Positions 10,131 to 20,692 of a stretch of DNA of 64,000 bases are shown here, one piece after another. Every line of letters starts with the position of its first letter. Within the stretch, counting starts at the first letter, position 1. Source of the stretch: Alphaproteobacteria bacterium UBA830 (GTDB taxonomy: Bacteria; Pseudomonadota; Alphaproteobacteria; MPNO01; UBA830); NCBI GenBank assembly GCA_905181725.1, contig CAJIYX010000059.1:11184-75183 (forward strand), written 5' to 3'. The translations under genes were made by a program, and so were the position numbers. Below the pieces are notes generated by a model. It searched no databases. It saw only the letters and a program-made list of their open reading frames with translations, and was not told where the DNA came from.

Positions 10131-11300
10131 ATGCAGTGTTTTCTGTTCCACTTGATGCCCTATGCGTGTCTCGATCTGGATTACGACAAACAGTACAAAG
10201 CCTCCTGGGTCGTCTATCCGAATTCCAATTTCGATCCCAAGATGGGTCATTATCTTTACAACACTTATCTCGATGAGCTGGAGATGGGCGAAGAGCTCGG
10301 CTTCGACGGTCTGTGCGTGAACGAGCATCATCAGAATGCCTATGGGATGATGCCGTCGCCGATTGTGCCGGCCGCGGCGCTGGCGCGGCGCACGTCCAAG
10401 GTGAAAATCGCGGTGCTCGGCAATGCCTTTGGTATTCGCGAACACCCGCTGACCCTTGCCGAAGAACACGCGATGATTGACTGCATTACCGGTGGCCGCC
10501 TGATCAGCGGCATGGTGCGCGGGATCGGTGCCGAATATTATTCGATGGGGGCGAACCCGGCGTTCAGCCATGAGCGGTTCCACGAAGCGCACGATCTGGT
10601 CATTCAGGCATGGACGAAGGAAGGCCCGTTCGCGTTCGAAGGGAAGCACTTCCACTTCGAATACGTGAATGTCTGGCCGCGCCCGTACCAGAAACCGCAT
10701 CCGCCGATCTGGTGCCCGTCGCAGGGCTCGTTGGAGACTATCGAGTGGGCGGCGCATCCGGATCGCAAATACACCTATCTGCAGACCTACAGCCCGTTCG
10801 CGGCGGTGACAAAATTCCTGCAGATGTACCGGGACATCGCGCGCGACAAGTACGGCTATGAAGCGCAGGATTCACAGCTCGGCTGGGCCGCGCCGATTTA
10901 TGTCGGCGAAACTGACGAACAGGCGAAGGAAGAAGCACGCCCGCACATGGAAGCGTTCTTCAACAAGTTCCTGCGCATGACACCTGAAATGCTGCTGCCG
11001 CCGGGCTATCTCAGCCTGCGGTCGTACAAGAACGTCATGAAGCACAAGGGCGGCCTGTCGAAGACCAAGACCCTCGAAGACCTGATCGAAAGCGGGATCA
11101 TTATCTGCGGCAGCCCCGACACCGTGCGCAAGCGGCTGGAATATTGCCAGCGCGACGCCGGTGTCGGTCACTTCCTCGGCATGTTCCAGGTCGCGTCCAT
11201 GCCGCACGACATGACGGTCGCCAGTATGAAACGCTTTTCCGAACACGTGATGCCGGCGGCAAAACAGTTCGGTACCAAGAATCAGGTCGCGGCCGAGTAG
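10131..11300 (+). CDS. Luciferase-like (LLM) flavin-dependent monooxygenase
   Basis: GFDGLCVNEHH, AEEHAMIDCITGGR and PRPYQKPHPPIW motifs. Confidence 0.92.
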   Translation: MQCFLFHLMPYACLDLDYDKQYKASWVVYPNSNFDPKMGHYLYNTYLDELEMGEELGFDGLCVNEHHQNAYGMMPSPIVPAAALARRTSKVKIAVLGNAFGIREHPLTLAEEHAMIDCITGGRLISGMVRGIGAEYYSMGANPAFSHERFHEAHDLVIQAWTKEGPFAFEGKHFHFEYVNVWPRPYQKPHPPIWCPSQGSLETIEWAAHPDRKYTYLQTYSPFAAVTKFLQMYRDIARDKYGYEAQDSQLGWAAPIYVGETDEQAKEEARPHMEAFFNKFLRMTPEMLLPPGYLSLRSYKNVMKHKGGLSKTKTLEDLIESGIIICGSPDTVRKRLEYCQRDAGVGHFLGMFQVASMPHDMTVASMKRFSEHVMPAAKQFGTKNQVAAE

Positions 11301-11328
11301 ACGATACCTATAAAAGTGGGAACTGCCG

Positions 11329-12525
11329 ATGAAGATTTTTCTGTTTCATCTGATGCCTTATGCGTATGTCGATCCGGATTACGACAAGGAATACGACACC
11401 TGCTGGGTCACCTATCCCAACAGCAATTTCGATCCGGTAAAGGGCCATGAGCTCTATAACCGCTATCTCGACGAGCTCGAATACGCCGAAGAGCTTGGCT
11501 TCGACGGGGTCTGCGTCAACGAGCATCACCAGAACGCCTATGGGCTGATGCCGTCACCCGTGGTCATGGCATCTGCGCTGGCGCGCCAGACCAAACGGAT
11601 AAAAATCGCCATTCTCGGCAATGCCTTCGGTATTCGCGATCATCCCCAGACGCTCGCCGAAGAGCACGCGATGATCGACTGCATCACCGGTGGCCGGCTG
11701 ATTAGCGGCATGGTGCGCGGGCTGGGCGCGGAATACTATTCAATGGGGGCGAACCCGGCATTCAGCCACGAGCGCTTCCATGAAGCGCACGACCTGGTCA
11801 TCGATGCTTGGACGAAGGAAGGGCCGTTTTCGTTCGAGGGCAAACATTACCATTTTGACTACGTGAACACCTGGCCCCGCCCGTATCAGGATCCGCACCC
11901 GCCGATCTGGGTGCCGAGCCAGGGGTCGACCGAAACCATCGAATGGGCGGCACACCCCGACCGCAAATACACCTATCTGCAGACCTATTCGCCGTTCCAG
12001 AACGTGGTGCGTTTCCATAACGCGTATCGACAGATTGCGCACGGTCACGGCTATGAAGCGACGTCGGAACAGCTTGGCTGGGCGGCGCCCGTCTATGTCG
12101 GCGAGACCGACGAACAGGCCATCGAAGAAGTCAGGCCCCATGTCGAGTTGTTCTTCAACAAACTGCTGCGGTACTCGATATCGCTGCTGCTGCCGCCGGG
12201 CTACATGTCAGTTGAATCCTACAAACGCGTACTTAAAACCAAATCGAGTCTGGTCTCGACCCATACCGTCGAATCATTGATGGAACGCGATGTGATCATC
12301 GTCGGCAGCGCCGATACGGTACGTGAAAAACTCGCCGCCTGTCACGCCGATGTCGGGCTCGGATATTTTCTCGGTATGTTCCAGATCGCCAGCATGCCGC
12401 ACGACCTGACCATCGCCTCGATGGAACGATTTGCAAAGGACGTGATGCCTGCGGCCATGGCCCTTGAAGGTGCCGGGAAGTGGGAACCAGATCTGGCGGC
12501 GGTGCCGACGCAGGCGGCAGAGTAG
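11329..12525 (+). CDS. Luciferase-like (LLM) flavin-dependent monooxygenase, paralog of the upstream gene
   Basis: Same motifs, with long stretches identical to 10131-11300. Confidence 0.92.
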   Translation: MKIFLFHLMPYAYVDPDYDKEYDTCWVTYPNSNFDPVKGHELYNRYLDELEYAEELGFDGVCVNEHHQNAYGLMPSPVVMASALARQTKRIKIAILGNAFGIRDHPQTLAEEHAMIDCITGGRLISGMVRGLGAEYYSMGANPAFSHERFHEAHDLVIDAWTKEGPFSFEGKHYHFDYVNTWPRPYQDPHPPIWVPSQGSTETIEWAAHPDRKYTYLQTYSPFQNVVRFHNAYRQIAHGHGYEATSEQLGWAAPVYVGETDEQAIEEVRPHVELFFNKLLRYSISLLLPPGYMSVESYKRVLKTKSSLVSTHTVESLMERDVIIVGSADTVREKLAACHADVGLGYFLGMFQIASMPHDLTIASMERFAKDVMPAAMALEGAGKWEPDLAAVPTQAAE

Positions 12526-12560
12526 GGCCGCAGGGGGCCCGACCACCTACAATATTTAAT

Positions 12561-12637
12561 CCCTCGGTCTTGTACCGAGGGTCCATTTTCAAAGCAGAAC
12601 CAATGGCCAGCATGGACCCCCGGTACAAGACCGGGGG
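12561..12637. repeat. REP-doublet/REPIN-like palindromic element
   Basis: CCCTCGGTCTTGTACCGAGGGTCCAT (12561-12586) and its inverted copy (12612-12637), 24/26 identical, 25-nt spacer; each arm is itself a hairpin. Confidence 0.85.
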
Positions 12638-12669
12638 CGTAGGTTTTGGTGTGGCTAGAGAGTGCGCAT

Positions 12670-12701
12670 AAAAAACCCCCGGGCAGGACCCGGGGGTTTT
12701 T
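12670..12701. terminator. Bidirectional intrinsic terminator
   Basis: AAAAAACCCCCGGG-cagga-CCCGGGGGTTTTT between convergent genes. Confidence 0.9.
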
Positions 12702-12721
12702 CGTTGGGCTGTCTACCGCTC

Positions 12722-13636
12722 TTAGCGGGTCGGCACCGGCTGGTCGCCGGAATAATCATAGAAGCCCTTGCCGGTCTTGCGGCCGAGCCAGCCGGCTTCG
12801 ACGTATTTTGCCAGCAGCGGGCAGGGCCGATACTTGGTATCGGCAAGTCCGTCATACAGCACCTGCATGACCGACAGGCAGGTATCCAGACCGATGAAAT
12901 CGGCCAGTTCCAGCGGTCCCATCGGGTGGTTCGCGCCGAGCTTCAGGCCGGTGTCGATATCGCTTACCGACCCAATGCCTTCATGCAGCGTATAGACCGC
13001 TTCGTTGATCATTGGTAGCAGGATACGGTTGACGATAAAAGCTGGGAAATCCTCGGAAATGACCGGGGTTTTGCCGAGCCGGTATGCCAGGCCCTCGACA
13101 ATTTTTTGGGTCGCCTTGTCGGTGGCGATGCCGGGGATCAGTTCGACCAGCTGCATGATCGGCACCGGGTTCATGAAATGCATGCCCATGAAGCGTTCGG
13201 GCCGGTCGGTGGTCGCACCCAGACGGGTGATCGAAATCGACGACGTGTTCGAGGCAATGATGGTGTCGGGCCGCAGCGACGGGATCATCGCCTTGTAGAT
13301 TTCGCGTTTGACGCTTTCGTTCTCGGTCGCCGCCTCGATCACGATGTCGCAGTCGTTCAGCGCCGAATAGTCGGTCGAGCCGGACAGCCGGTCGAGCGCG
13401 TCCTGTTTGATGGCGGGGTTGATCCTGTCGCGCTGAACCTGACGTTCCAGGTTCCGGTCGATCGTGGCCATGGCCTTGTCGAGCTGCTCCTGCGAGATAT
13501 CGCTCATGACGACGTCGATGCCGGCCAAGGCGGCGATATGCGAGATGCCGGACCCCATCTGGCCCGCGCCGATCACGCCGATTTTCTTGATGCTCATCGC
13601 CTCGGGCGTCGCACCCGGATCCTGAATGTCAGACAC
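12722..13636 (-). CDS. hbd: 3-hydroxybutyryl-CoA dehydrogenase
   Basis: [25 protein letters not shown] and [12 protein letters not shown] motifs; downstream of etfA. Confidence 0.93.
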   Translation of the reverse strand: MSDIQDPGATPEAMSIKKIGVIGAGQMGSGISHIAALAGIDVVMSDISQEQLDKAMATIDRNLERQVQRDRINPAIKQDALDRLSGSTDYSALNDCDIVIEAATENESVKREIYKAMIPSLRPDTIIASNTSSISITRLGATTDRPERFMGMHFMNPVPIMQLVELIPGIATDKATQKIVEGLAYRLGKTPVISEDFPAFIVNRILLPMINEAVYTLHEGIGSVSDIDTGLKLGANHPMGPLELADFIGLDTCLSVMQVLYDGLADTKYRPCPLLAKYVEAGWLGRKTGKGFYDYSGDQPVPTR

Positions 13637-13746
13637 TGGTTACTCTCCTTCAATTATATTCGGCGGCATGCCGTGCGGCGGCCGCGCGACAATCCATGAT
13701 ATTCCACAGATTGATCGTTACGGCCCCTTTGCGGGAGCCAGCTGTA

Positions 13747-14697
13747 TCAGCGGGGCGTGATGCCCTGTTTTTCGAGCTCTTCGTCCAGTTCGGGGATGAT
13801 CTTGAACAGATCGCCCACAAGGCCGTAATCGGCGACCGTAAAGATCGGCGCTTCTTCGTCCTTGTTGATCGCGACGATGACCTTGGAATCCTTCATGCCG
13901 GCCAGATGCTGGATCGCGCCGGAAATACCGACCGCGATATACAGTTCCGGGGCGACGACCTTGCCGGTCTGGCCGACCTGGTAATCGTTCGGCTTGTAGC
14001 CCGCATCGACGGCGGCGCGCGATGCACCCACGGCGGCGCCGAGCTTGTCGGCAACTTTCTCGATGATCTCGAAATTCTCGCCGGACTGAAGCCCGCGGCC
14101 GCCCGAAATAATCACGCGTGCGGCGGTCAGTTCGGGGCGCTCGGACTTGGTCAACTCGGCGCTGACGAAGCTCGACAGGCCGGGGTTGTCCGCCGCATCG
14201 ATAGCGTCGATGGCAGCATTTCCGCCTTCGGCCTCGGCGGCAGCAAAGGCCGTGCCGCGGACTGTGATGACTTTCACCGAATCCGATGACTGCACGGTCG
14301 CCATGGCGTTACCCGCGTAGATCGGGCGCACGAACGTGTCTTCCGACACGACTTCCAAGATGTCGGATATCTGTGCGACGTCGAGCAGGGCGGCGACACG
14401 GGGCGCGATATTCTTGCCCGAAGTGTTGGACGGGAACAGGATGTGGCTGTATCCGCCCGCCAGGCCGACGACCAGTGGCGCGATGTTTTCGGCCAGCTGA
14501 TGTGCGTAGTCACCGCTATCTGCGGCGAGCACCTTGGAAACGCCGGCGATCTTTGCGGCTTCCGCGGCGGCGGCGCTACCTTCGGCGGCCACCAGCACAT
14601 GCACGTCGCCGGAAATTGCCGCGGCGGCGGTCACCGTGTTCAAGATGATGGGAACGATTGCTGAATTATCGTGATCGGCGACGACCAGGACTGCCAT
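13747..14697 (-). CDS. etfA: Electron transfer flavoprotein alpha subunit
   Basis: SGGRG and [28 protein letters not shown] motifs. Confidence 0.97.
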   Translation of the reverse strand: MAVLVVADHDNSAIVPIILNTVTAAAAISGDVHVLVAAEGSAAAAEAAKIAGVSKVLAADSGDYAHQLAENIAPLVVGLAGGYSHILFPSNTSGKNIAPRVAALLDVAQISDILEVVSEDTFVRPIYAGNAMATVQSSDSVKVITVRGTAFAAAEAEGGNAAIDAIDAADNPGLSSFVSAELTKSERPELTAARVIISGGRGLQSGENFEIIEKVADKLGAAVGASRAAVDAGYKPNDYQVGQTGKVVAPELYIAVGISGAIQHLAGMKDSKVIVAINKDEEAPIFTVADYGLVGDLFKIIPELDEELEKQGITPR

Positions 14698-15446
14698 CAG
14701 ATGACCCCCGCTTCGTTTTTGAGTTTATCGACAAGCTCGGCGACCGATTCGACCTTCACGCCGCCTTCGCGTTTGACGGGCTCGGTGACTTTCAGGGTCG
14801 TCAGGCGCGGTGCGACGTCAACACCGAGTTCTTCCGGGCTCATCTCGTCGATGGTCTTTTTCTTCGCCTTCATGATGTTCGGCAGCGATGCGTAGCGCGG
14901 CTCGTTCAGGCGGAGATCGGTGGTGATGATCGCCGGCAGCGTGATGGCCAGCGTTTCCAGCCCGCCATCAACCTCGCGCGTTACGTTCGCCTTGCCGTCG
15001 GCAAGCTCGATCTTCGACGCAAACGTGCCCTGCGACCAGCCCAGCAGGCCCGCCAGCATTTGGCCGGTCTGGTTGGAATCGTCGTCAATCGCCTGCTTGC
15101 CGAGGATCACCACGTCGGGTGCTTCCTTTTCGACAATTTTGGCGAGCAGCTTGGCGACTGCCAGCGGCTGCAGCTCGTCGTCGGTTTTGACATGGATGCC
15201 GCGGTCGGCCCCCATGGCAAGCGCTGTCCGAATTGTTTCCTGGCACTGCTGGATACCCATGGAAACGACGACAACCTCGGTCACGGTTCCGGCTTCGAGC
15301 AGGCGAACCGCTTCTTCGACGGCAATTTCGTCGAACGGGTTCATGGACATTTTAACATTGGCGGTCTCAACGCCGGTCTCGTCCGCCTTGACGCGAACCT
15401 TGACGTTGTAATCGATCACCCGTTTGACGGCGACGAGGAGCTTCAT
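14697..15446 (-). CDS. etfB: Electron transfer flavoprotein beta subunit
   Basis: [20 protein letters not shown] and [15 protein letters not shown] motifs. Confidence 0.97.
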   Translation of the reverse strand: MKLLVAVKRVIDYNVKVRVKADETGVETANVKMSMNPFDEIAVEEAVRLLEAGTVTEVVVVSMGIQQCQETIRTALAMGADRGIHVKTDDELQPLAVAKLLAKIVEKEAPDVVILGKQAIDDDSNQTGQMLAGLLGWSQGTFASKIELADGKANVTREVDGGLETLAITLPAIITTDLRLNEPRYASLPNIMKAKKKTIDEMSPEELGVDVAPRLTTLKVTEPVKREGGVKVESVAELVDKLKNEAGVI

Positions 15447-15670
15447 CGGTCAATATCTCTCAGATGTGGGGGCAGCTACCGGTTTTGAGGGCCTTTCCGA
15501 GTACTATTTGCTGCCGACAGGAGCACGTCTGGAAGGGCGTTATCTCGCAAGTGCGAAAACTACTAGAGTCCCGCTGCTTGTCAAGTTTGGCGTCAAGTTT
15601 CGGGAATAAATGCTGCAATTGCGAAGGGATCTGTGGAGGGGCCCGGTCGGCCCGGGCTCGGGACGTGCCG

Positions 15671-15868
15671 TTACTTGCTCGAAAACAGGAAAGCGATGCC
15701 GATCAGAACCAGCGCCGCAAGCTGCAACAACACCCGCAGCCGCATGAAACGGTTGGAATTCCGGGCATTAAACTCCCCCCCGCGCACCATGGACACCAGG
15801 CCAAAGGCAAGCGCACCAAAGGTTGCAAGGGCCGCGATAACGATCAGAACGGGCAGGGCCGAAGACAT
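15671..15868 (-). CDS. Twin transmembrane helix small protein (HIG1-like)
   Basis: Two TM helices with SNRFMRLRVLLQ; usual position upstream of etfB. Confidence 0.85.
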   Translation of the reverse strand: MSSALPVLIVIAALATFGALAFGLVSMVRGGEFNARNSNRFMRLRVLLQLAALVLIGIAFLFSSK

Positions 15869-15933
15869 GGCAAGACTATGAAACGGAATTCCGGAGAGTG
15901 CAATGCGAAATTATCCCGCAATATGGCGTATCC

Positions 15934-16728
15934 CTATACCGCCAGCACTTCCCAAAGTTTCCCCTCGACCTCGTCACGCGGCACGATAAAGCGGTCGCGG
16001 TCGTCATCGGTCATCCACTGGGTGACGGCTTCCTGAAACGACGGGCGCGCCTTTACGCGGTAGAACCAGGCGGTGACGTTCGGCCGGTTCCGGGTCCACA
16101 GGCTGTCCATCGCGATCAGTGAAAGCCGGTTCACGTAGGGGATCATGCAGATATCGGCGAAACCGAAATTGCGGCCCGACAGCCATTTCGTATCGTCGAG
16201 CTGGCGTTCCATGTCGGCGAAGGCTTCGTCATACTGTTTGACGACGGCGCTGACTCGGGGTGCATCCAGCCCGAGTTCGATACAGTCGCGCTGAATGGCG
16301 CGGCGTTTGGGATTGGGGTTGCGGGCATAGCGTGCCTCGCGCTCTTCGGCCGTCATGGTCGCCAGTAAATGCTTTCGGTTGGTGGTCGCGAACGTCACCG
16401 TTGTGCAGCCGGGGTGAAGGAATTCATCGACACGTTTCATCCATAGCCGGGCCAGCGCGCGGCGCCACGGCTCACCCGGCATCAAGGGCGGTTCCGGCTG
16501 GATCTCGTCGAGATAGAACATGATCACCGAGGATTCGGTTATCACCCGCTCGCCGTCTTCCAGGGTCGGCACCACGGCCTTCGGGTTCAGTTTCAGGTAG
16601 TCCGGCTTGTGCTGGTCGCCCTGCTGCAGGTTCAGAAGTTCGCTCTCGAAGCTCATGCCTTTTTCGTACAGCACCAGACGCACCTTGGCCGCGCATACCG
16701 ATGTCGTCCCGTGATAGAGTTTCAGCAT
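15934..16728 (-). CDS. Glutathione S-transferase family protein
   Basis: MLKLYH, SVCAAKVR, LNPKAVVPTL and ESSVI motifs; start placed at ATG 16728. Confidence 0.92.
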   Translation of the reverse strand: MLKLYHGTTSVCAAKVRLVLYEKGMSFESELLNLQQGDQHKPDYLKLNPKAVVPTLEDGERVITESSVIMFYLDEIQPEPPLMPGEPWRRALARLWMKRVDEFLHPGCTTVTFATTNRKHLLATMTAEEREARYARNPNPKRRAIQRDCIELGLDAPRVSAVVKQYDEAFADMERQLDDTKWLSGRNFGFADICMIPYVNRLSLIAMDSLWTRNRPNVTAWFYRVKARPSFQEAVTQWMTDDDRDRFIVPRDEVEGKLWEVLAV

Positions 16729-16770
16729 ATGGATTTCCCGCTTTTGCCCGCCTGAAAGACGCGACTGAAC

Positions 16771-17616
16771 ATGAGTTGCCTCGACCACATCGTCCGTTGC
16801 AACGCCCACGACATGTCCGACTACACGCCCTTCATCGTCGACGGCCGGACCGTCGGCCATATCCGGTCCCGCCATCTAGTTCATCTGGAACGTTTCGCGG
16901 ATGTTTTCAAGCTGGACGCCGACAGCGTTGGTCTGGCCGCCGGGCTGGACAGCTACGATGTGCGCACCGACGCGGTCGGTCCTGTGCTCAAATTGCTCGC
17001 CGATGACGGCGTGATCACCGGCTGGCGGGGTGAGGCCTATCCGATTGGCGGGCGATGGAGCGGGCCCTATGCGTTCGAGATCGAGCGGGCTGCCGCCGCG
17101 TTCCTGGGGTGCCGGGCGTATGGCGTGCATATCAATGGATTCGTGCGCGACGGCGATGACGTAAAACTGTGGATCGCGACGCGCGCCGATGACCGCCCGG
17201 TCTGTCCCGGCCAGCTCGACAACATGATCGCCGGCGGTCAGCCCGTCGGACTCACCCTGAAACAGAACGTCATCAAGGAGGCGGGTGAAGAAGCAGGTGT
17301 GCCCGCGGAACTGGCCAATACGGCCATCCCGGTCGGGGTGATTACCTATACGATGGAAAATGATCTTGGCCTGAAGCCGGATATGATGTTCTGCTGGGAT
17401 CTCGAACTGCCGGCCGATTTCCAGCCCATGAACACAGACGGTGAGGTCGCTGAATTCCGTTTGCTGCCGGCCGCCGAGGTACTGGACATTGTCGAGACCA
17501 CGGATGACTTCAAGTTTAACTGCAACCTAGTGATCATCGATTTCTGCATCCGCCACGGCGTGCTGCCGCCGGAACACCCCGATTACGAGTCGATAATAAA
17601 GGGGCTCAGGTCCTAA
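16771..17616 (+). CDS. NUDIX hydrolase with DUF4743 domain
   Basis: GWRGEAY, YGVHING, DNMIAGG, KEAGEEAG (Nudix box) and FKFNCNLV motifs. Confidence 0.9.
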   Translation: MSCLDHIVRCNAHDMSDYTPFIVDGRTVGHIRSRHLVHLERFADVFKLDADSVGLAAGLDSYDVRTDAVGPVLKLLADDGVITGWRGEAYPIGGRWSGPYAFEIERAAAAFLGCRAYGVHINGFVRDGDDVKLWIATRADDRPVCPGQLDNMIAGGQPVGLTLKQNVIKEAGEEAGVPAELANTAIPVGVITYTMENDLGLKPDMMFCWDLELPADFQPMNTDGEVAEFRLLPAAEVLDIVETTDDFKFNCNLVIIDFCIRHGVLPPEHPDYESIIKGLRS

Positions 17617-18875
17617 AAACTGTCCACTGCGACAAGCTGGCCGCGTTCGCGCAGATACGTGACAAGCGGTCTCAGATGGTCGGCGACCGGCATGTCATCC
17701 AGCGTGATGGCGACGTCGTCAACGTGTTCCGGGTAGATATAGGCGGTGGTGCCCGGAGGAAACAAACGCCCCAGGCCTTCAAGAATGCCGCCTTCCAGAC
17801 CTTCGTAGAATTTCTCGTGCATGATCCGCGCGAAGCCGTCGACCCCCAGCACAAACGCGACGGGCTCCTGGCTGTGCCGCGCGAGATACTGGCGGACGCG
17901 GAAATAGCGGAAGAATTCCGAAATCAGCACATGGAAGCCCAGACCGGTCAACCTGTTGACCCGCTCCAGGAAGTCGGCGGTATCGATCACGTCTTCATTG
18001 ACGATGGCGGACATGGTCATCTCGGCCATCAGGATAGCCGGCTTTCCTGCCGCGCATTTTTCAGCAAACAGGTCGCGGGCGTGGTCAAACCGTTTCATGC
18101 CTTCGCCGACCACGGGGTGGAACTCGCCGCGCATGCCGAGCACGCTGCGCTTGTAGAGCGCCTCCGAGGGGATCGCGACCCGGCCGTCAGGATCGAACAG
18201 CACGGCGGGTGTCAGGTTCGCTTTCACCAGTTCGAGCGCCATCAGGCGGTTGTCGATCTTGCCCAATGTGGGGCCGCGGAATTCGATCAGGTCGACCTCG
18301 ACCCGGCCCCATTTCAGATTGTCGGTCAGTCCCTTTAACAGCAATTCGGGCTCATGTGCCTGGTAGTACGCGCCGTGGATGAGGTTCACGCCAAGAATCC
18401 CCAGCGCGTCCTGCTGTTCGACATTGGTATCGTCGAACATCCGCACATGCAGGATGATGTCTTCGGGGGGTTGTCCGGGGTTGGCCTGAAACCGAACACC
18501 CATCCAGCCGTGGCATTCCTCGCGCTTTTTGAACCCCTGTGCAGCCACCGTGTTGGCAAAAGAGAAAAAGGTCGATCCGTCGGCCCGGTGATCCTTGACG
18601 CGCGAGACCAGCAGGTCGAATTCGCGTTCGAGCATCCGCTCGAGCCGCGGGCGGGATACATAACGCCGGTCGGTGGATTCGCCGTAAATCTCGTCGCTGA
18701 ATTTCATGTCGTAGGCCGACATGGTCTTGGCGATTGTGCCGGCGGCGGCGCCTGCCTGGAAGAACCAGCGGGCGACTTCCTGCCCGGCGCCGATTTCCAC
18801 GATGGTCCCGTATTTCAGAGGATCGAGATTGATCGCCAGTGCTTTTTCGATCGTGCCGGGGACGTCGTCGGCCAT
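17613..18875 (-). CDS. Conserved protein of uncertain function (putative CinA-like plus nucleotidyltransferase-like domains)
   Basis: KALAINLD-YGTIVEIGAGQEVARWFF-TIAKTMSAYDM, QQDALGILGVNL and RGEFHPV motifs; no signal peptide. Confidence 0.6.
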   Translation of the reverse strand: MADDVPGTIEKALAINLDPLKYGTIVEIGAGQEVARWFFQAGAAAGTIAKTMSAYDMKFSDEIYGESTDRRYVSRPRLERMLEREFDLLVSRVKDHRADGSTFFSFANTVAAQGFKKREECHGWMGVRFQANPGQPPEDIILHVRMFDDTNVEQQDALGILGVNLIHGAYYQAHEPELLLKGLTDNLKWGRVEVDLIEFRGPTLGKIDNRLMALELVKANLTPAVLFDPDGRVAIPSEALYKRSVLGMRGEFHPVVGEGMKRFDHARDLFAEKCAAGKPAILMAEMTMSAIVNEDVIDTADFLERVNRLTGLGFHVLISEFFRYFRVRQYLARHSQEPVAFVLGVDGFARIMHEKFYEGLEGGILEGLGRLFPPGTTAYIYPEHVDDVAITLDDMPVADHLRPLVTYLRERGQLVAVDSF

Positions 18876-19059
18876 CTTCAATTCCATCTGCGCTGTTCTG
18901 TCGGTCCCGGCGATAGCGGCCGCGACGTCACATGTAGCCGGATATACACCCAGCGGCGGGTTGTAACGGATTTCCGGTCGCGGCGTGGATGCGACGGATT
19001 GCCGGTTAGGCCACCGGATGAATTACCGGCTGAATTATCAGCCGGGTGAGAAAGCCCGT

Positions 19060-19917
19060 CTAGCCTTCGAACCCCGACATCGCGACGACCTCTTCGTGAG
19101 TATAGCCGGATTCGCGGAGAGCCCGGATGCTCATATCCTGATCGCGCTTCGCCAGCCGTCTGCCGGTCGTGTCCTTTATCAGGCGATGGTGGCTGTAAGT
19201 CGGCGGGGTGTAGCCCAGCAATCCCTGCAAAAGGCGGTGAACATCCGTCGACGGTGCCAGATCGGCCCCGCGGTTGACCAGGGTGATGCCCTGCAGATGG
19301 TCGTCGACTGTGACCGCAAGATGATAGCTGGTCGGTACATCCTTGCGCGCGAGGACGACGTCGCCGAATTTATCAGGCTGTGCCTTGTTCATGCCGAGGC
19401 CGGTATCCTTCCAGCCCAGCGGACCGGCGATCGCGGTCGCCCCTTTCATGTTGATGCGCCGGACGAAGGCTTCGCCGTCATCCATGCGGTCTTCACGTTT
19501 TTCATCTGAGATATTACGGCAGATACCCGGATAGGCCGGCCCGTCCGGGCCGTGCGGCGCGTAGGCCGACTTGGCAATCTCCGTCTTGATCTCCGACCGG
19601 GTGCAGAAGCACGGATAAAGCAGACCCTTCAGCGTCAGCTTTTTGAGCGCCTTGTCATAATCCGCCATGTGTTCGGACTGCTTGCGTATCGGGGTTTCCC
19701 ATTCGAGCCCGAGCCATTTCAGATCTTCGAGGATAGCATCGGTAAATTCATCCTTGCACCGAACTGGATCGATATCCTCGATACGCAGATGAAAGGTGCC
19801 GCCCTTGCCGCGGGCGTGATAAGCGGTCAGTGCCGAAAAGGCGTGGCCGATATGAAGAAAACCGGTCGGGCTCGGGGCGAACCGTGTGACCTCTGTTGCC
19901 GTCTTGCGTTTTGCCAT
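19060..19917 (-). CDS. gluQ: tRNA glutamyl-Q(34) synthetase
   Basis: RFAPSPTGFLHIGH, CFCTR, YHLAVTVDD and RLAKRD motifs; no anticodon domain. Confidence 0.93.
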   Translation of the reverse strand: MAKRKTATEVTRFAPSPTGFLHIGHAFSALTAYHARGKGGTFHLRIEDIDPVRCKDEFTDAILEDLKWLGLEWETPIRKQSEHMADYDKALKKLTLKGLLYPCFCTRSEIKTEIAKSAYAPHGPDGPAYPGICRNISDEKREDRMDDGEAFVRRINMKGATAIAGPLGWKDTGLGMNKAQPDKFGDVVLARKDVPTSYHLAVTVDDHLQGITLVNRGADLAPSTDVHRLLQGLLGYTPPTYSHHRLIKDTTGRRLAKRDQDMSIRALRESGYTHEEVVAMSGFEG

Positions 19918-19992
19918 GTGGTCATTTCTGTGAGATAGAATTCACGTCCTTGGGACAGGGCGGCCGAGCCTACCAGTAGCCGGACAATTCCG

Positions 19993-20655
19993 ATGAACAG
20001 CCGACTTACCCTCGAGACGTTTAATAAAGCGATAACCATACTAGCACAGTGCGACCCGGACCTGGGTGCAGTGATAGCGAAATTAGGCAAACCGCCCATC
20101 TGGCGGCGTCCGCGCGGGTTTGAGACGCTGGTATTGCTGATCCTCGAACAACAGGTGTCGCTGGCCTCGGCGCGGGCGGCCTATGACCGTCTGGCGGCAA
20201 CCGCCGTCGAACTGGCGCCTGAGAAAATGCTGACACTGCGCGATGACGAATATCGCGCCGCCGGCGTCAGTCGCCAGAAAACCTGCTATATCCGCCATCT
20301 GTCCGACTGCATCCTCGACCGGTCGCTGCGCCTCGACGGGCTCGGCCGGATGAGCGATGACGATGTGCGGGCGCATCTGATGCAGATAAAAGGGATCGGT
20401 GCGTGGACCGCCGATGTCTATCTGCTGATGGCGCTGATGCGCCCGGACGTCTGGCCGGTCGGTGATATCGCGCTTCAGGCGGCGGCCCATGGCATCAAGG
20501 GCCTGGACGCCCGGCCCAACCCGAATCAATTGACTGCAATCGGCGAGGAATGGCGCCCGTGGCGGAGTGTCGCCGCCCGTATCCTGTGGCATCACTATCT
20601 CAGTACGCCTCGATTTCGTACAACAGGACGTCCCCGTATAACGGGACGAAAATGA
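19993..20655 (+). CDS. DNA-3-methyladenine glycosylase II (AlkA family)
   Basis: EQQVS, HhH motif IKGIGAWTAD, WRPWRSVAA. Confidence 0.9.
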   Translation: MNSRLTLETFNKAITILAQCDPDLGAVIAKLGKPPIWRRPRGFETLVLLILEQQVSLASARAAYDRLAATAVELAPEKMLTLRDDEYRAAGVSRQKTCYIRHLSDCILDRSLRLDGLGRMSDDDVRAHLMQIKGIGAWTADVYLLMALMRPDVWPVGDIALQAAAHGIKGLDARPNPNQLTAIGEEWRPWRSVAARILWHHYLSTPRFRTTGRPRITGRK

Positions 20656-20692
20656 ACTCTATATTTATGCTTCATAAACAGTGGAACTGACG

